From: Tubiluchus corallicola
Taxonomy: Eukaryota > Animalia > Priapulida
Assembly: GCA_030141605.1 (NCBI GenBank)
Contig: JAQGDQ010000095.1
Location: 124,001-188,000, forward strand
Direction of reading: 5' to 3'
Length of the DNA stretch: 64,000 nt
The position numbers were made by a program, and so were the translations under genes. Every line of letters begins with the position of its first letter. The first letter of the stretch is position 1. The notes under the pieces are model-generated. The model had not been told where the DNA came from. It did not search any database and worked only from the letters and a program-made list of their open reading frames with translations. This document shows, one piece after another, positions 15,601 to 27,005 of this stretch.

Positions 15601-18600
15601 AGAGATTAGTATCCATTTCAATAAAAATATTACTATTACATTACGTAATGCAATTTTTTTGCGCTAAAATTTTATTTATGACGTTTCTTCTTCCTGAATT
15701 TTAAATATTAACTAAAGAAACAGACATTGTAAATTGACAACTGTAAGTTGTTAATCCTCACAGCATAAACAACGAGTTCAGTATATTTGGTAATTTTTGT
15801 AGCACAAAGAGCATTGTACTAGATTATTTTGTACTACATGTACTTTATCAACTATAAATGTATTATTATTATTAATTTTTATTTCAGTCCAACTGACCGC
15901 AAGAATTTTATTTAATCCCAATATTTTAATAATACTGCTGTGTAAAAATAAACACATGTTGTTATCATGTAAAAACAAAAGCTAACGAACAATACTTAAA
16001 GTTCTGGTTGATATTAAAAGTCTCACTGATTTAACTGACTGAAACACGACAAACTTAAAAATGTTCATATATGTTTAATCACTAATTGTACAGCTAATAT
16101 GTTATAGTCTGTGTCCATGGGGTTCACATATTTTTTGTCAAGGCTGATAAAATGAAGCTGTCACTAAAAAATTGTCACATTAGCATTATAATTATGCTTC
16201 AGTGAGTTTCTCTGTAATTACAAATTCATTCATTTTTCTAGCAGAATGAAGTTACTTTATAGGACTTGTTTACAAGAGAAGAACTTTTGTTACCAAGGCC
16301 CACACTTTTGCAGTTTGTATTGCTGCCAATGTTTTCAATTAATGCTACAAGAATTTTCACAATATGCTGTAGGTCTACTTTAGCGCAATGATTGTTTACT
16401 ATTGTTGATTATAGTATTAGAATATACTATAATGGACTTATAGCTTTCGATGGTAGTAAAATATATCGCTTTTGCAGAATTTGAAGAACACATGTGAATG
16501 AGCACAATGACAATCATTTCTATCAGCTGACTACATTATCCGACCCAGGTCAAATACTGTAATATAGTAATAACAGCTTTAATTTTAGCACAGGTGTGCA
16601 CCACAGCATCATAAGCCGCGGGTACACTCTGCTACGTCATTAGCAGCGCTGCGCTAGTCCAATTTTTTCACCATGAGAGGCGTAAGTGCAGCTCCATGGC
16701 ATTTTCCGTGAAATACAAAAAAGTTAATTACTCATTAATTAGACAAAGTACTGCTAAATAAAATTCCCCAAGTTTTTCACGGGGAAGGCAACTACAAAAC
16801 AAGTTTAACTTGATTTTCATGATATTCCCCCTTTAAACTGTCAAAATTTCAGTAAAATAGTAAAAAACCATATTATATTTGCTCACGAGTGTTTAAAAAT
16901 TTGTAATACTATTCTAGGTGTTCATTATATCACTGTATAAAGTTGCATAGTTGTCTTTTTTCATTTACATCATTACTGCAAATTAAAGCAATTGGCACTG
17001 AACTCCAAAAACACTGTTCTTTGCTAATATTTTAGTAGTGAATATTAACAGATACAAAAACAACTTTTAGATGTTGATAATTTACAGAGAACTTTTATTG
17101 CCGATTTAAAACTCTAATTTAACAAAGTTTTCTATTAACAGTTAACATATAGCTTCCGAATGATTGTCAGTGCACAGACTTCAAAAAATTCCCAAGCCAA
17201 ATTCTTAGGCATGCCAACAAAATAGAAACTTCTAGGTACTACAACACTGACCTAGAATGATCACTCAGAAATTACAAACTGCGGTCAGCATCTTCAGTTC
17301 ACACCCGCTCATGCTATATATCAGTCAGCATATTCAGTTCAAGCCCGGTCACTCTACACCGCTGTTTTCATTTCACTTACAAAGATTTTTGGTACTGACA
17401 AAAATCGGGACCCTGGCACACTGGCAATTGCATTTTTTCTAATCTAAGTTTTTGTAAGAGAATTTGGAAACTTAACTAGGCATAAGCAAGTATTTCGTCG
17501 CTTAAATTTCTTTTCAAGTAGATTTATATACTGAGCTTCAATTGGTCTGCAAACTACAACTTTGTATGACTTAAATGAAGTACAGTAGGCTTAATGGATT
17601 CTAACTTATGTTATCAGATTCGGAGCTGGATACGGCTCTGTCAAATCTGGCAGATCCGAATACGACCTGGTCCCATCCCAAGAAAATAATAACTATTCCT
17701 GCAGAAAACACTGTCAAACAATGTTACACAGGCCTTGACATTTGAAATTCACAGGAGTGATGAATCACTCTCTTAGCAATCCAATGAGAGTTCTACTGCA
17801 AAAGTGGTAATAAGTATTGTGCATACCTGTACGTAATATAGTTTACTCACTGTACTTATAATATAATATGTTTATTAAAATATCTTATGGAAACAAATTA
17901 TTTCATTTAACAGTTATTTAAAGAAATAAACATATTTAAAAACTTATGACAATAACTAGCAGATCATGCGTTAGTCATGTCAGCTTATCATCTTGATGAC
18001 AGTTTATCATCTTACTTCTCATTTATTTGAAAATAATTATTTATTTAATGTAATGATTTATTGCATACATCCAAATTTTTTTATATGTTGCTTAAATCAC
18101 TACTGCAAATTTTTTCCAATGACTTCAACAAGTTTTAAAGCAACAGAACTTGATGCTTCAATGACAGTCAATGATCATTTAATATAGCCGTCGCCATCAT
18201 AAAAATGGCAGCTTCCACCGCACTTAAACTAATTACTGATTATTATGGACGTACCGATTGTTTACATAAGAATAATTTTAATAGACGGATTTGAACTATA
18301 TTATATTACAAGCAACTATCCGAAGTTATAATGCAACGCTGTAAATTATAAACGAAATTAATCTAAACATCCTACATTTTGCGGTAAGTATGAGCACAAT
18401 ACAAGTACCAAAAATTATTGCTTTTCATGCTAAAAGCTATTATTAGCTCTCAGCTTTATATTAATAAGTCAGTCTAAGGGTAATAAATAGAAAATCAAAT
18501 TAGCATAAATACTTACGCCCAGCTGCATCAGTTTGGACCAAACAGCGGTAACGCTCGTAATTAATTTTACTTATTTCGTTTCTTTCTTCGCTTGTCAGTT

Positions 18601-19775
18601 CTCTATAAAAATATGGTAACATGTGTTGGGTATTGATAAAGATTTCCCAGATTAAAAACTTAAAACACAAATCTTACTGAAGTCAACAGAATAAGTGATA
18701 AATGGATTGTCATAGTTACAAAACCATGTCTATAATACAGTCCAGCATGATAAGAGACAAATTTACTTGTTATCAATCTCAACATCATCTTCCTTTGACT
18801 TGAAGACAGGAATGTAATCAAGATGTGCTCTAACATCGAATCTATCAATCATGGTGTCCGAATCTCCTTGCCAGGGCATCCTGCATAATAACATATATAA
18901 AAAAATCTGAAAATATGTTACCTAGAATAATAATTTTTTTAAGACATGCCACAATACTGAAGCAGATTCAACTAATGGCACTTTCAATGTAAGTTCTGTC
19001 TAATTCATATCATGCAATAGATAGTTTTGAACTGAGATAAGAACATTTTAAGCTCCTCAAATGTTTAAAAGACCAAACAAAATTTAGACAGAAATTTTAT
19101 TTTTTAAAAATAAAAATGCTTTAAACACATGTACCAAATATATATGCAAAAAATGTGTCACACTAACGTTTTACTCATTTTACCCTGTTTTAAATGTAGT
19201 TTGCTATGCCAAACAAAATACTGCGAAAATATAAAGTCGAGTGAATAAAAATCACAACTTTCTACCACAGACGACAACTCCTTATGAAAAAAAACAGTTA
19301 ACCCTTTTTTGTTATCCTTACTAATCTACTAAAACAGAACCGAATTTCATCAACTCACATTGTTGAGGGATTTTCAGCAGCTAGGGCGACAGTGGGATCA
19401 AGATGAATTTTGTATTTTCTTGCATGAATTTGTAAAAACTGAGCTGGATCTGCTTTCTGAAATCAAATTAACATTATTATATTCCTAAATCCTATTCAAT
19501 AAATTTAGTTTCAAACTTGGTCAATCTCTGTTTTTTAAGTAATTAAATTTCTGCCAGATTACATCAAAAATCGCTAAGATTTCAGAATTTTGCACATCTA
19601 TATAAATACATTCGGCCTCAACTTTTTACAAATGTTCTGTGTAAATTACTGTTTCAAGACAGATAAATGTACTAACAATCCTTTCATAGAATTCCCTCCT
19701 CCTTTCAGCCCGGCGTCGATAATCAACCATCATTCCACGCAACTTGCGTTCATGTTTTCTAGCTTCGTGCCACAT
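3605..19775 (-). CDS. CLASRP: CLK4-associating serine/arginine-rich protein (SFRS16/SWAP2 family), 18 coding exons
   Basis: The spliced translation starts MWHEARKHERKLRGMMVDYRRRAERRREFYERI-KADPAQFLQIHARKYKIHLDPTVALAAENPSTM-MPWQGDSDTMIDRFDVRAHLD, and later contains NYERYRCLVQ, SPPSYAQRDSPTYEP, ITSFG, KLTPAEKLKRRMQVAL and EREEELRELA, all CLASRP hallmarks. Exons (GT-AG, phases consistent): 19677-19775, 19359-19456, 18767-18880, 18517-18602, 14481-14568, 14078-14205, 13575-13671, 13330-13408, 12914-12987, 10936-10977, 10617-10796, 10070-10132, 9772-9948, 9480-9578, 8604-8652, 7306-7369, 4646-4751, 3605-4289. Confidence 0.95.
6315..6691. repeat. Two divergently oriented tRNA-derived (SINE-like) heads, ~6315-6370 (-) and ~6625-6691 (+)
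   Basis: The minus copy reads GACTTGTAATCCAAGGGTCTCTGGTTCAGATCCATGGTCAGT and the plus copy GACTGTAATCCAAAGGTTCTTAGTTCAAATCCAGGCTCAGT. Both show an anticodon-arm-like segment and a B-box-like GTTCARATCC, but no intact acceptor stem. Confidence 0.5.
7677..8352. mobile_element. Non-autonomous hAT-type MITE
   Basis: TIRs CAGGGATGTTA / TAACATCCTG; TSD ATACCATG / ACACCATG; subterminal TTTCGT/TTCGGT repeats. Confidence 0.75.
14641..17681. mobile_element. Non-autonomous hAT element hosting a nested Kolobok-type insertion
   Basis: TIRs TAGGGATGGGAC / GTCCCATCCCAA; perfect 8-bp TSD GAAAATAA (14633-14640 and 17682-17689); subterminal GGATC/CGGAT repeats. Confidence 0.8.
14805..16832. mobile_element. 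Non-autonomous Kolobok-type DNA transposon (TTAA target)
   Basis: TTAA at 14801-14804 and 16833-16836. Imperfect ~32-bp TIRs: AGGGGAATATCACCAAAATTAAGTTGAGCTTG versus the reverse complement AGGGGGAATATCATGAAAATCAAGTTAAACTTG. Purine-purine termini favour Kolobok over piggyBac (CC ends). Confidence 0.75.
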
Positions 19776-20931
19776 GATGCTTGTGTTTTGCAAATTGGGA
19801 TTTCACAATTCCAGTTTATCAGGTTCCTGGCACTTGTAAAACACCTGAAGACTTTTCACATACACATATTTTCTCTGCAAATAAATCAACAACATTAACT
19901 TTTCAAAACTACAAAAAACTCAAACAGGCAGATGAGTGTTAAAGCAACAATCCAAATGAAAAGTACAAAGTTTATCTAGTAAACCAAACAAATATAGTTT
20001 TTTTGGATGGACAACATGAAAATGGAGCTGAAAAAACTAATAGCAAAAATCTGGGCAGAAAAATTACGTTACATGAACAGTAAATAGAATTAATCTTGGC
20101 CCTATAGCATTTTGGAGAGATGGGAATGCCACAGCAGATGTCAATGGACAGACATAGTGAGCACTCAGGCCCGATAACATATTAATATGTTATTGTTGTT
20201 GATATCTTGTAACAATGTGTCCATTCCATACCCTTGAAAGGATGGAGTTCACAAAATTAATTAGGTGCCATTTCACTTTTACACTTCCTGGTTTTCTAGG
20301 CTGTTGTAAGTTCCAAGGCGTATTAAGCCATAAGACAAGCCGAGGCCTAATATAGCACACATTTGGATAATTTTTCATTTTGATGCTATGACATAAAGTG
20401 AGAGTCCCAGTTCCCATTATCTTAGGTTGGGATTTTGGGTCAGAGTTTCTATTATTTTTAGGTCAGAATATTCAGTCATAAAGCTCAAAGGATTGGAATT
20501 GTCAAAGTCTACCTTAATGGCTTAAAAAAGCTGAACGGTGCAAAAGTGTAATCACTCAAAGTGCTTAAACGATGTTGGAACCAAAGATTTATTGTGTACT
20601 TATAAGACTATTGTCAAGTACTTCACATACAGCTTTATGAACACGCTTAAATACATCTTTCTTCTTTTTCGCTTTGAAATTTGTAGAAAGGTGACCTATT
20701 CAATTTAGTTAAATGGTGGAAATTAGAATAACAGCTGATTAGAATGTTGTTTGTACGATCTTTTATCAAGCATGCCGCCATGTCAGGCATTTTAATTTCA
20801 ACTAACTTTTACCTCACTTCACATTTAGTGCAGGTACATATAAGCCCTTAAAAACTAGGTATTTTAGTTTTCAAAATTATGACTATGAAACACCTGGATG
20901 CTAGTAGGCCCACCATAAATTTACTACTACT

Positions 20932-21194
20932 ATACTGTAAAGTACATTTAGCGCTATTACACGTTTGCATTCCTGATTTTTAAGCTGGGTTTTTTTCACC
21001 AGAGTTTTGATTTATTAAGCTCGGTTTTTTTCACAAGCATTTTGATTATGTGTATTTCACCAGGGTTTCTGAGCACTAACCTAAAAATAATCGGAACTCT
21101 AACATGCAGAAACACAAGGTTAAAAATAATCGGAACTTTGACATGAAAACCATAGCTTAAAAACTCATCCTATCATAGCAAGCACCTTACCATA
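20932..21194. mobile_element. Small TA-flanked MITE-like element with inverted subterminal repeats
   Basis: Left units TTAAGCT..GGTTTTTTTCAC..TTTTGATT are mirrored by right units AATCGGAACT..CATG..AGCTTAAAAA; degenerate ends TACTGTAAAG / CCTTACCATA. Confidence 0.4.
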
Positions 21195-21948
21195 ATTTCT
21201 TGCCCGAATATTTCTTTAATGTCATTGTGGATTCAAAAACTGGAAGGCATACACATAAAGAGCGGTCACATCTTGACATTTAAAAATGCCTTCAATGCTA
21301 CCCTCATTACTGGAACAAGTTGTCAATGCTACAAATGTTACATGCTTTAAATATATTCTTGGCAGACACCTCCGCCAAAGAAACCTATTTTAATACAACT
21401 TGGCACGTTTGTAGGTGAAGCATTGCTAGTACACCAACACAAAGAAGTGTACAAAGCTCTGTAAAGTATTGCCAACGTCGTACGCCACAAGTGATAACTA
21501 ATATTAGAGCCAAAGACCGGACAGCTTGGATTCACACCAAAAGGTGAATTAACCCCAAATCATGACTATTTAAATTTCAGTCATAGTTATACACTTCTTT
21601 AAATAAAATCTATGACACCTAACCATAACACTGTTTTTGACGGCCTCTCCTCACTGATTTTCGAAGTTGAGCCAGATTTGATGCTTAGTTATAATAACAA
21701 TTATTATAATTTATTTTTATTATTAATAATACTTAGTAACAATATCAGTCACGTAAATCTGGGCGCATCGTATAAACGGCATGGAATTAAGCTTTCAACA
21801 AACTATAAGATGTCATACACTGTTCTGATGTCAAACTAGCAGCTAAATTGCCTTCAGAGAAGTAGAGTTTTAATAATATAAATAATTTTAGTAAAAATGA
21901 AAAAATAACGTCATGTACATATAGACATTTTGCACTTTTTTTGTAAAA

Positions 21949-21963
21949 AGCGCCATCTGGCGT
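21949..21963 (+). promoter_or_regulatory. CTCF-like motif in a CpG-containing putative promoter segment
   Basis: AGCGCCATCTGGCGT resembles the CTCF core GCGCCMYCTRGYGG. It lies where base skew appears to switch from A-rich to T-rich on the plus strand. Confidence 0.35.
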
Positions 21964-23543
21964 GAAAAAATACGTCAACAAAGAGAACGTCTTATTTACA
22001 AACCACAGAAACATTTGCAAAATTGTATCATGTAACGCATTTGTCTGCTAAGACTGTTTCTTTTTCATTTTTTTATTTAAAACCTCTTGCAGTTAATACT
22101 CACCTGATTAATTCTTCCTTACTGGTTCACATTAAGTGACTTGGTTGGTAATTGTATTAATATCTCGGTGTACTTCTTTGCAGATGTGTGATATGCTAAG
22201 TAAATGTAGTGTAATTTTTGCTAAACTAACCGTAATTTATTTATTTAGCTACTATTTTCCTTCCATTTAAGTGAACTCATTGTGCTTGAGCTAGTTATTT
22301 TCTTTTAATTATTTTTAATAAATTTATCTAATAAGTGTCAGTTAAATTCACTAATGATGCCAACTAATGTTACTTAAGTTCATGTGTATTGCATTTTTAA
22401 TGCTAGTATTACTTTTTTAGTATTACTAGTTAAACTAATGCTCAGTTCACACTGAATCCGCTTATTACAAGGCTTTAATTAATATAATTTAAATTATTTG
22501 TGTCACGGTACACAAATCCTTCAGTATGCATTACAGCTCAAATGTATATTATGGAGGCAAGGTACACCTTTTTGTATATGTTTAATATTTTTGTAATCAT
22601 CAATGCTCATCCTAAAAAATTTCAAGATACGTTTGCTTTCAACTCTTTTTTTTCATGACTCAGCATACATGCTTACAAACTTTTGCTAGCTACAAGCGTT
22701 TTTTTTCTTTTGGTTCTAGGTCCTAATCATACTACTTTATTAATAGTAATCTTAGATACATAAAATAATCCAAGTTTAACTTAATATTCAAAGATAAACA
22801 AGTTTGTCTCTTGTTTTCTTTCCCGTGATTGAACATTATTCTGTTAGAAACTAAAACTTTTCTATCATAATTCAATCAACAATCGTCTTAAATGCAAAAT
22901 CTGATAATTTTAGTTACTTGGTACATGCGCATTAATTAATTATATTAGTAATAATTCTGAGAGGGTCACTGATCACAATAACTGATAGTTCTTTTGGCAC
23001 CCTTTCACCCCTCTAATCAATAATCACTTTTGCACTTTGTAATATTATTGTATGTTGTACAGAATTATAAATCAGTTATGTATTCTGCTATTACAAAAAG
23101 TGATGATAAACTCATAAACTTACTTTTACTTATACTTACTTTGGCTGATGGATTTGCTTTGGTAATTATTGCAAATACAGTACATGTTGATTAGTTTTCA
23201 GAAATCTTAAATAACGCTATTTTAGCATTAAATGACTTAAATATGATTTTAGCGTAATGTCGGGGTTCGGAAATATTCGCATTCATATTGTGATAGTTAG
23301 TAAGTAATTTACACATACATCTTGATAATACACACAGACTAGACGTTTTAATTAGTTAAAATTATTAAATGTTTGACAAAAAAATGATACATATATCTAA
23401 CATAACTACACTATCTCTGCATTCTTAAGTTTATATGAACATTTATGATTTAAGCTAAAGTCAAAATGCCATTGTAAAAAATTATGAAATCACTTCATAA
23501 AATGGCTTTTTCATATTTTACTAGGTAAAATTATATAATTTCA

Positions 23544-24491
23544 ATGGAGCCTGGATGTGATTATGATTTGTTAAATACCAGAAAGGGACATACTGGATAT
23601 ATGGCACCTGCAGATTATGGCTACTTTACTGATTCACAAGTATCCAGTTCTAGCAAAGATCTAGACGGCATTGAACAGCAGCTGCTCTGCCATGAATCAT
23701 TGTCACAAGAATGGGAGGCATTTGAGCAGTTAGAGCACGAGTTAGGTGATAATTTTAACTGTCAAGTTTCTACAGCTGTTGTGCCAACTAGTGATGGCGG
23801 TCTCATACTGCCACAATCCGGTCTTTGTGATTTCTTCAACATCAGTTCTGTACCAAGTTCAGTAGTTGTAACACTTGCTAGTACACCTTCGTCACCTGCC
23901 ATGCTTGTACCAGGAACACCTATCAGATCAACAAGAACAGCACCATCTCCATTCTTGGACACAAGTTTTCTACAAGAATTTACGGAAGATCTGTTTAGCA
24001 GTTCTGACAGCAGTGGCACATCAAGTAACACATCTGACTATACTGAAACGCCATGTTCTGAAGAAAATAATGAGTTGGCTACCACTTCCAGTTCAAATGA
24101 TATTGAATTGTCTGCGCCAAATATGCTCTTTTCTTCCGTACAAACAGCACAGCCTTCATCACAACATTTGACATCAGCATCCTCACAGCAATCTGCTCAC
24201 AGCCAATCGAGAAGAGATTTACAGTATATGGAAGAGATCTTGTCTCAGCAATTCGGTAGCCAGCATTTGGATGAAAATGATATATATTTTCCAAATTCGC
24301 CTCCTGAATTTGATTCCTCACAAGAGGTGCCAGAATGGGAATCTCAGGAACTTGATGAGGCAGAACTTTTTGCAAATAGTGACGATGATGACGCATTGGT
24401 ACCAGGACTGCAAAGCCGTCTTTCGCCAACTTGTGGAGGTGGTATTTTGGATGAACACACAGTCCCTACCTGGTATCGTAGAGAAGAATGA
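23544..24491 (+). CDS. Uncharacterised acidic, Ser/Thr-rich, probably disordered 315-aa protein (single coding exon)
   Basis: Longest ORF in the ORF track and GC-richer than its flanks. In-frame TAA at 23526-23528 fixes the ATG at 23544; a polypyrimidine/AG acceptor ends at 23524. Only two Lys (K14, K38), which is unlikely for a chance ORF in AT-rich DNA. No family recognised. Confidence 0.7.
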   Translation: MEPGCDYDLLNTRKGHTGYMAPADYGYFTDSQVSSSSKDLDGIEQQLLCHESLSQEWEAFEQLEHELGDNFNCQVSTAVVPTSDGGLILPQSGLCDFFNISSVPSSVVVTLASTPSSPAMLVPGTPIRSTRTAPSPFLDTSFLQEFTEDLFSSSDSSGTSSNTSDYTETPCSEENNELATTSSSNDIELSAPNMLFSSVQTAQPSSQHLTSASSQQSAHSQSRRDLQYMEEILSQQFGSQHLDENDIYFPNSPPEFDSSQEVPEWESQELDEAELFANSDDDDALVPGLQSRLSPTCGGGILDEHTVPTWYRREE

Positions 24492-25714
24492 TTACACACA
24501 CAGAGTATGCATATAAGTTTAACCTGTTCTGTTTTGTATTTAACACTACAATTTCTGGTATCGGCAATAATTGACTTTGACTTTATCTATATTTTTAGTG
24601 TATATTTTTATGCTTTGTACTTAGATGAGACATTTGTGCACAGCATTTTTGTGCTACTGTTGTTGGCAGTGTATTTAAAACAGTCCTATATGATACTGTT
24701 TTTAGCTGATTATTAAAAATAGTTTAGTAACTTTGAAGAAAATTAAGCATAATTTACTGTTTATCACTTGAGTTAATGGTTGTAATTTGATGTGATTTCT
24801 AGAACTGTATAATGTGTTTGTGATTCTAGAATAATTTGGACTAATTGAAAAATTTGATTAATTTTAATGTTATTCATGAAGTGTTGCATACAATTTACTG
24901 TAAATTTTGTTATTTTTTTTAAATAATTTTTTACTTACTCTTTCATAATTTTTGTGACCATTCATTATTTTTGGATAAACACGTAGAATATTAGCAGCAT
25001 TTCTTGAAGATCATTTATTAACAGTTTACAATTCTAATGTGTCAGATTATATGGAATATTTGTGCAAAAAACACAGTGCCTATGCACAATAGGGCAGTAT
25101 TTACAGTATTGTACAGTATTTTAAATAGTGACAATAGCTGTACCTAAAGTGGTATCAGTTTGCAGAATTTGTGAATATGACATTCGTAGGGCATATTGTA
25201 CAGTATTTTAAATATTGACAATAGCTGGCATCAGTTTGCAGACTTAATGAATATGATTTTGTAAAAAATTATTATTAATAAATTATTGTATAATAAAAAT
25301 TTTTGTTCATTTCTGATTTTGACCAACAAAATTGCTGTCTTTCCTTAAACTACACTGTGCACATTATGGTGTGGTTAATTAATTTTTAACTTGTCCATTA
25401 AATGTTACGTTTTAATAGCCGATGTAGCAGCTGGTATTCTTTCTTCATATAGTTAGAGGATAGAGGATAGTACTACTCAAAACGTACAAAGCAGTCTAGC
25501 CATTTAGGCAACACAACCCAGGTAGCACAAAATAATGTTAACATATGGTCACAATCTTGACAAACAGTATCTTCAGAATATCTCTCATCACCATGTTGGT
25601 ACAACGTGGAATATTATTGTCTACCATTGGTTCCATCTTGGCCAATATTGTACAACAAAATTTTTATAACCATATTCAGACAAAACTGCACCAATATTGG
25701 CACAACATTGGAAA

Positions 25715-25814
25715 ATTATCCAATATTGGAAACATGGTTTACACATAATATGTCTTATATGGATATTATATCAATATAAAACATGTGTAAACCATGTTTC
25801 CAATATTGGATAAT
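25715..25814. repeat. Perfect 32-bp inverted repeat with 36-nt spacer, within a CCAATATTGG-repeat MITE remnant starting near 25517
   Basis: ATTATCCAATATTGGAAACATGGTTTACACAT (25715-25746) is the exact reverse complement of 25783-25814. Confidence 0.9.
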
Positions 25815-25852
25815 GGTCCATATTATCCAATATTGTCCCTTTTTTCGAATTT

Positions 25853-25980
25853 TTAGTGAAACTACCAGTGGAAGGAGATATATCGCTCTTTGGAAAGAGG
25901 AAGGCTAGAAACAGGGCTACACGATGGTGTGAGCTACATTTTAGGAAACATCCACTGTGAGGAGCTGTGATGAGTTGATT
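25853..25980 (+). repeat. Dispersed fragment of the Helitron family found at 39824-40593
   Basis: GGAAGGAGATATAT..GAAAGAGGAA..ACAGGGCTACACGATGGTGTGAGCTACATTTTAGGAAACATCCAC..GAGGAG matches the reverse complement of about 40046-40165. Confidence 0.75.
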
Positions 25981-26831
25981 GATATATATATATATTTCAA
26001 ACATTTCCATGATAAAGACCATAGGTAATTAAAGTGCAAAATTGTTTGAATCCATAATTTTAGGTTCGAATCGAATCTGAACTAAAAAGATTGTTTTAAT
26101 CAGACTTAAACGCTCGATGCTCACACCTACTAGGAACACAATAAACCGAAGAGATGTAAGTGGCTTATAATTATACAAAAGTTCATAAACAGTAGATTTT
26201 TTCACTTAACACTTTTTAAAATTAAATGTAAGTGCCTCGGCTAATTTTATTACACTTACATATAACTTCTAATGTAATGAATTAATTAATATATTTATAT
26301 ATTATACACAAATTTTATTACACTCTTATAGAAATTAGACAAATTGTTATAAACAAACAATTAATTAAAAATTTGATATCTGTTGTGGAGATCGCTGGCA
26401 TCTATTAGAATTACATAGAACATTGTAGAATGTTCCGTTGGAATGATCGTCTTACCGTCTGGAACATTACTTCTGGAAGCTTCTTGGGCACGCTATATAA
26501 GGCGAAACAGGCCGCTGACAAGGGAGCATGCAGATCTCGCGCGGATGTATACTTACATTTTCAGATACACTTAAACATTTTCACGTTTACTGTAATCATT
26601 TCGCGTTCCTTCATACTTTTGTGTTGTAGAGTTCTCGCTTAATAAAATAGTTTTATTTGACGGCGTGTTTTCTGGTTTTCTCTACGTGCCTTCCGAGAGA
26701 AAGAAAACACAACAATATCAAACTTTAAAGGCTGCAGAAACTGAAAAATTATGAGTGAGCAATCGCCAGCACCGTAAATACATAGTTATGGGTTGCTCAA
26801 TGCTCACATACTGCTAATTCTTCGGAATTTT

Positions 26832-26843
26832 CGCGCATGCGTA
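26832..26843 (+). promoter_or_regulatory. NRF1-like motif in the CpG-rich ATP6V1D promoter
   Basis: CGCGCATGCGTA versus consensus YGCGCATGCGCR, about 165 bp upstream of the ATG, inside a CpG-rich patch at about 26390-26920. Confidence 0.45.
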
Positions 26844-27005
26844 ATAGCGCAAATGCGGTATATGGACTTGCGCTAAACAGCGTCCAACAGGTATACGAGA
26901 ACGCCACCAGTCACTAACCAATTTTCTTTCAGTGCAATTTTGGTACATTTGGAAGTGATCTTAAATCGTTTTTGCTAATCACTTGTTTTTGTAAAACTAG
27001 TAACT

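Noticed and set aside
23762-24516. Alternative-frame and antisense ORFs overlapping the 315-aa ORF
   Set aside because: Shadows of the GC-richer coding region, with no independent support.
25090-25245. ~95-bp imperfect tandem duplication downstream of the orphan ORF
   Set aside because: Ordinary local duplication with no structural or coding signal.
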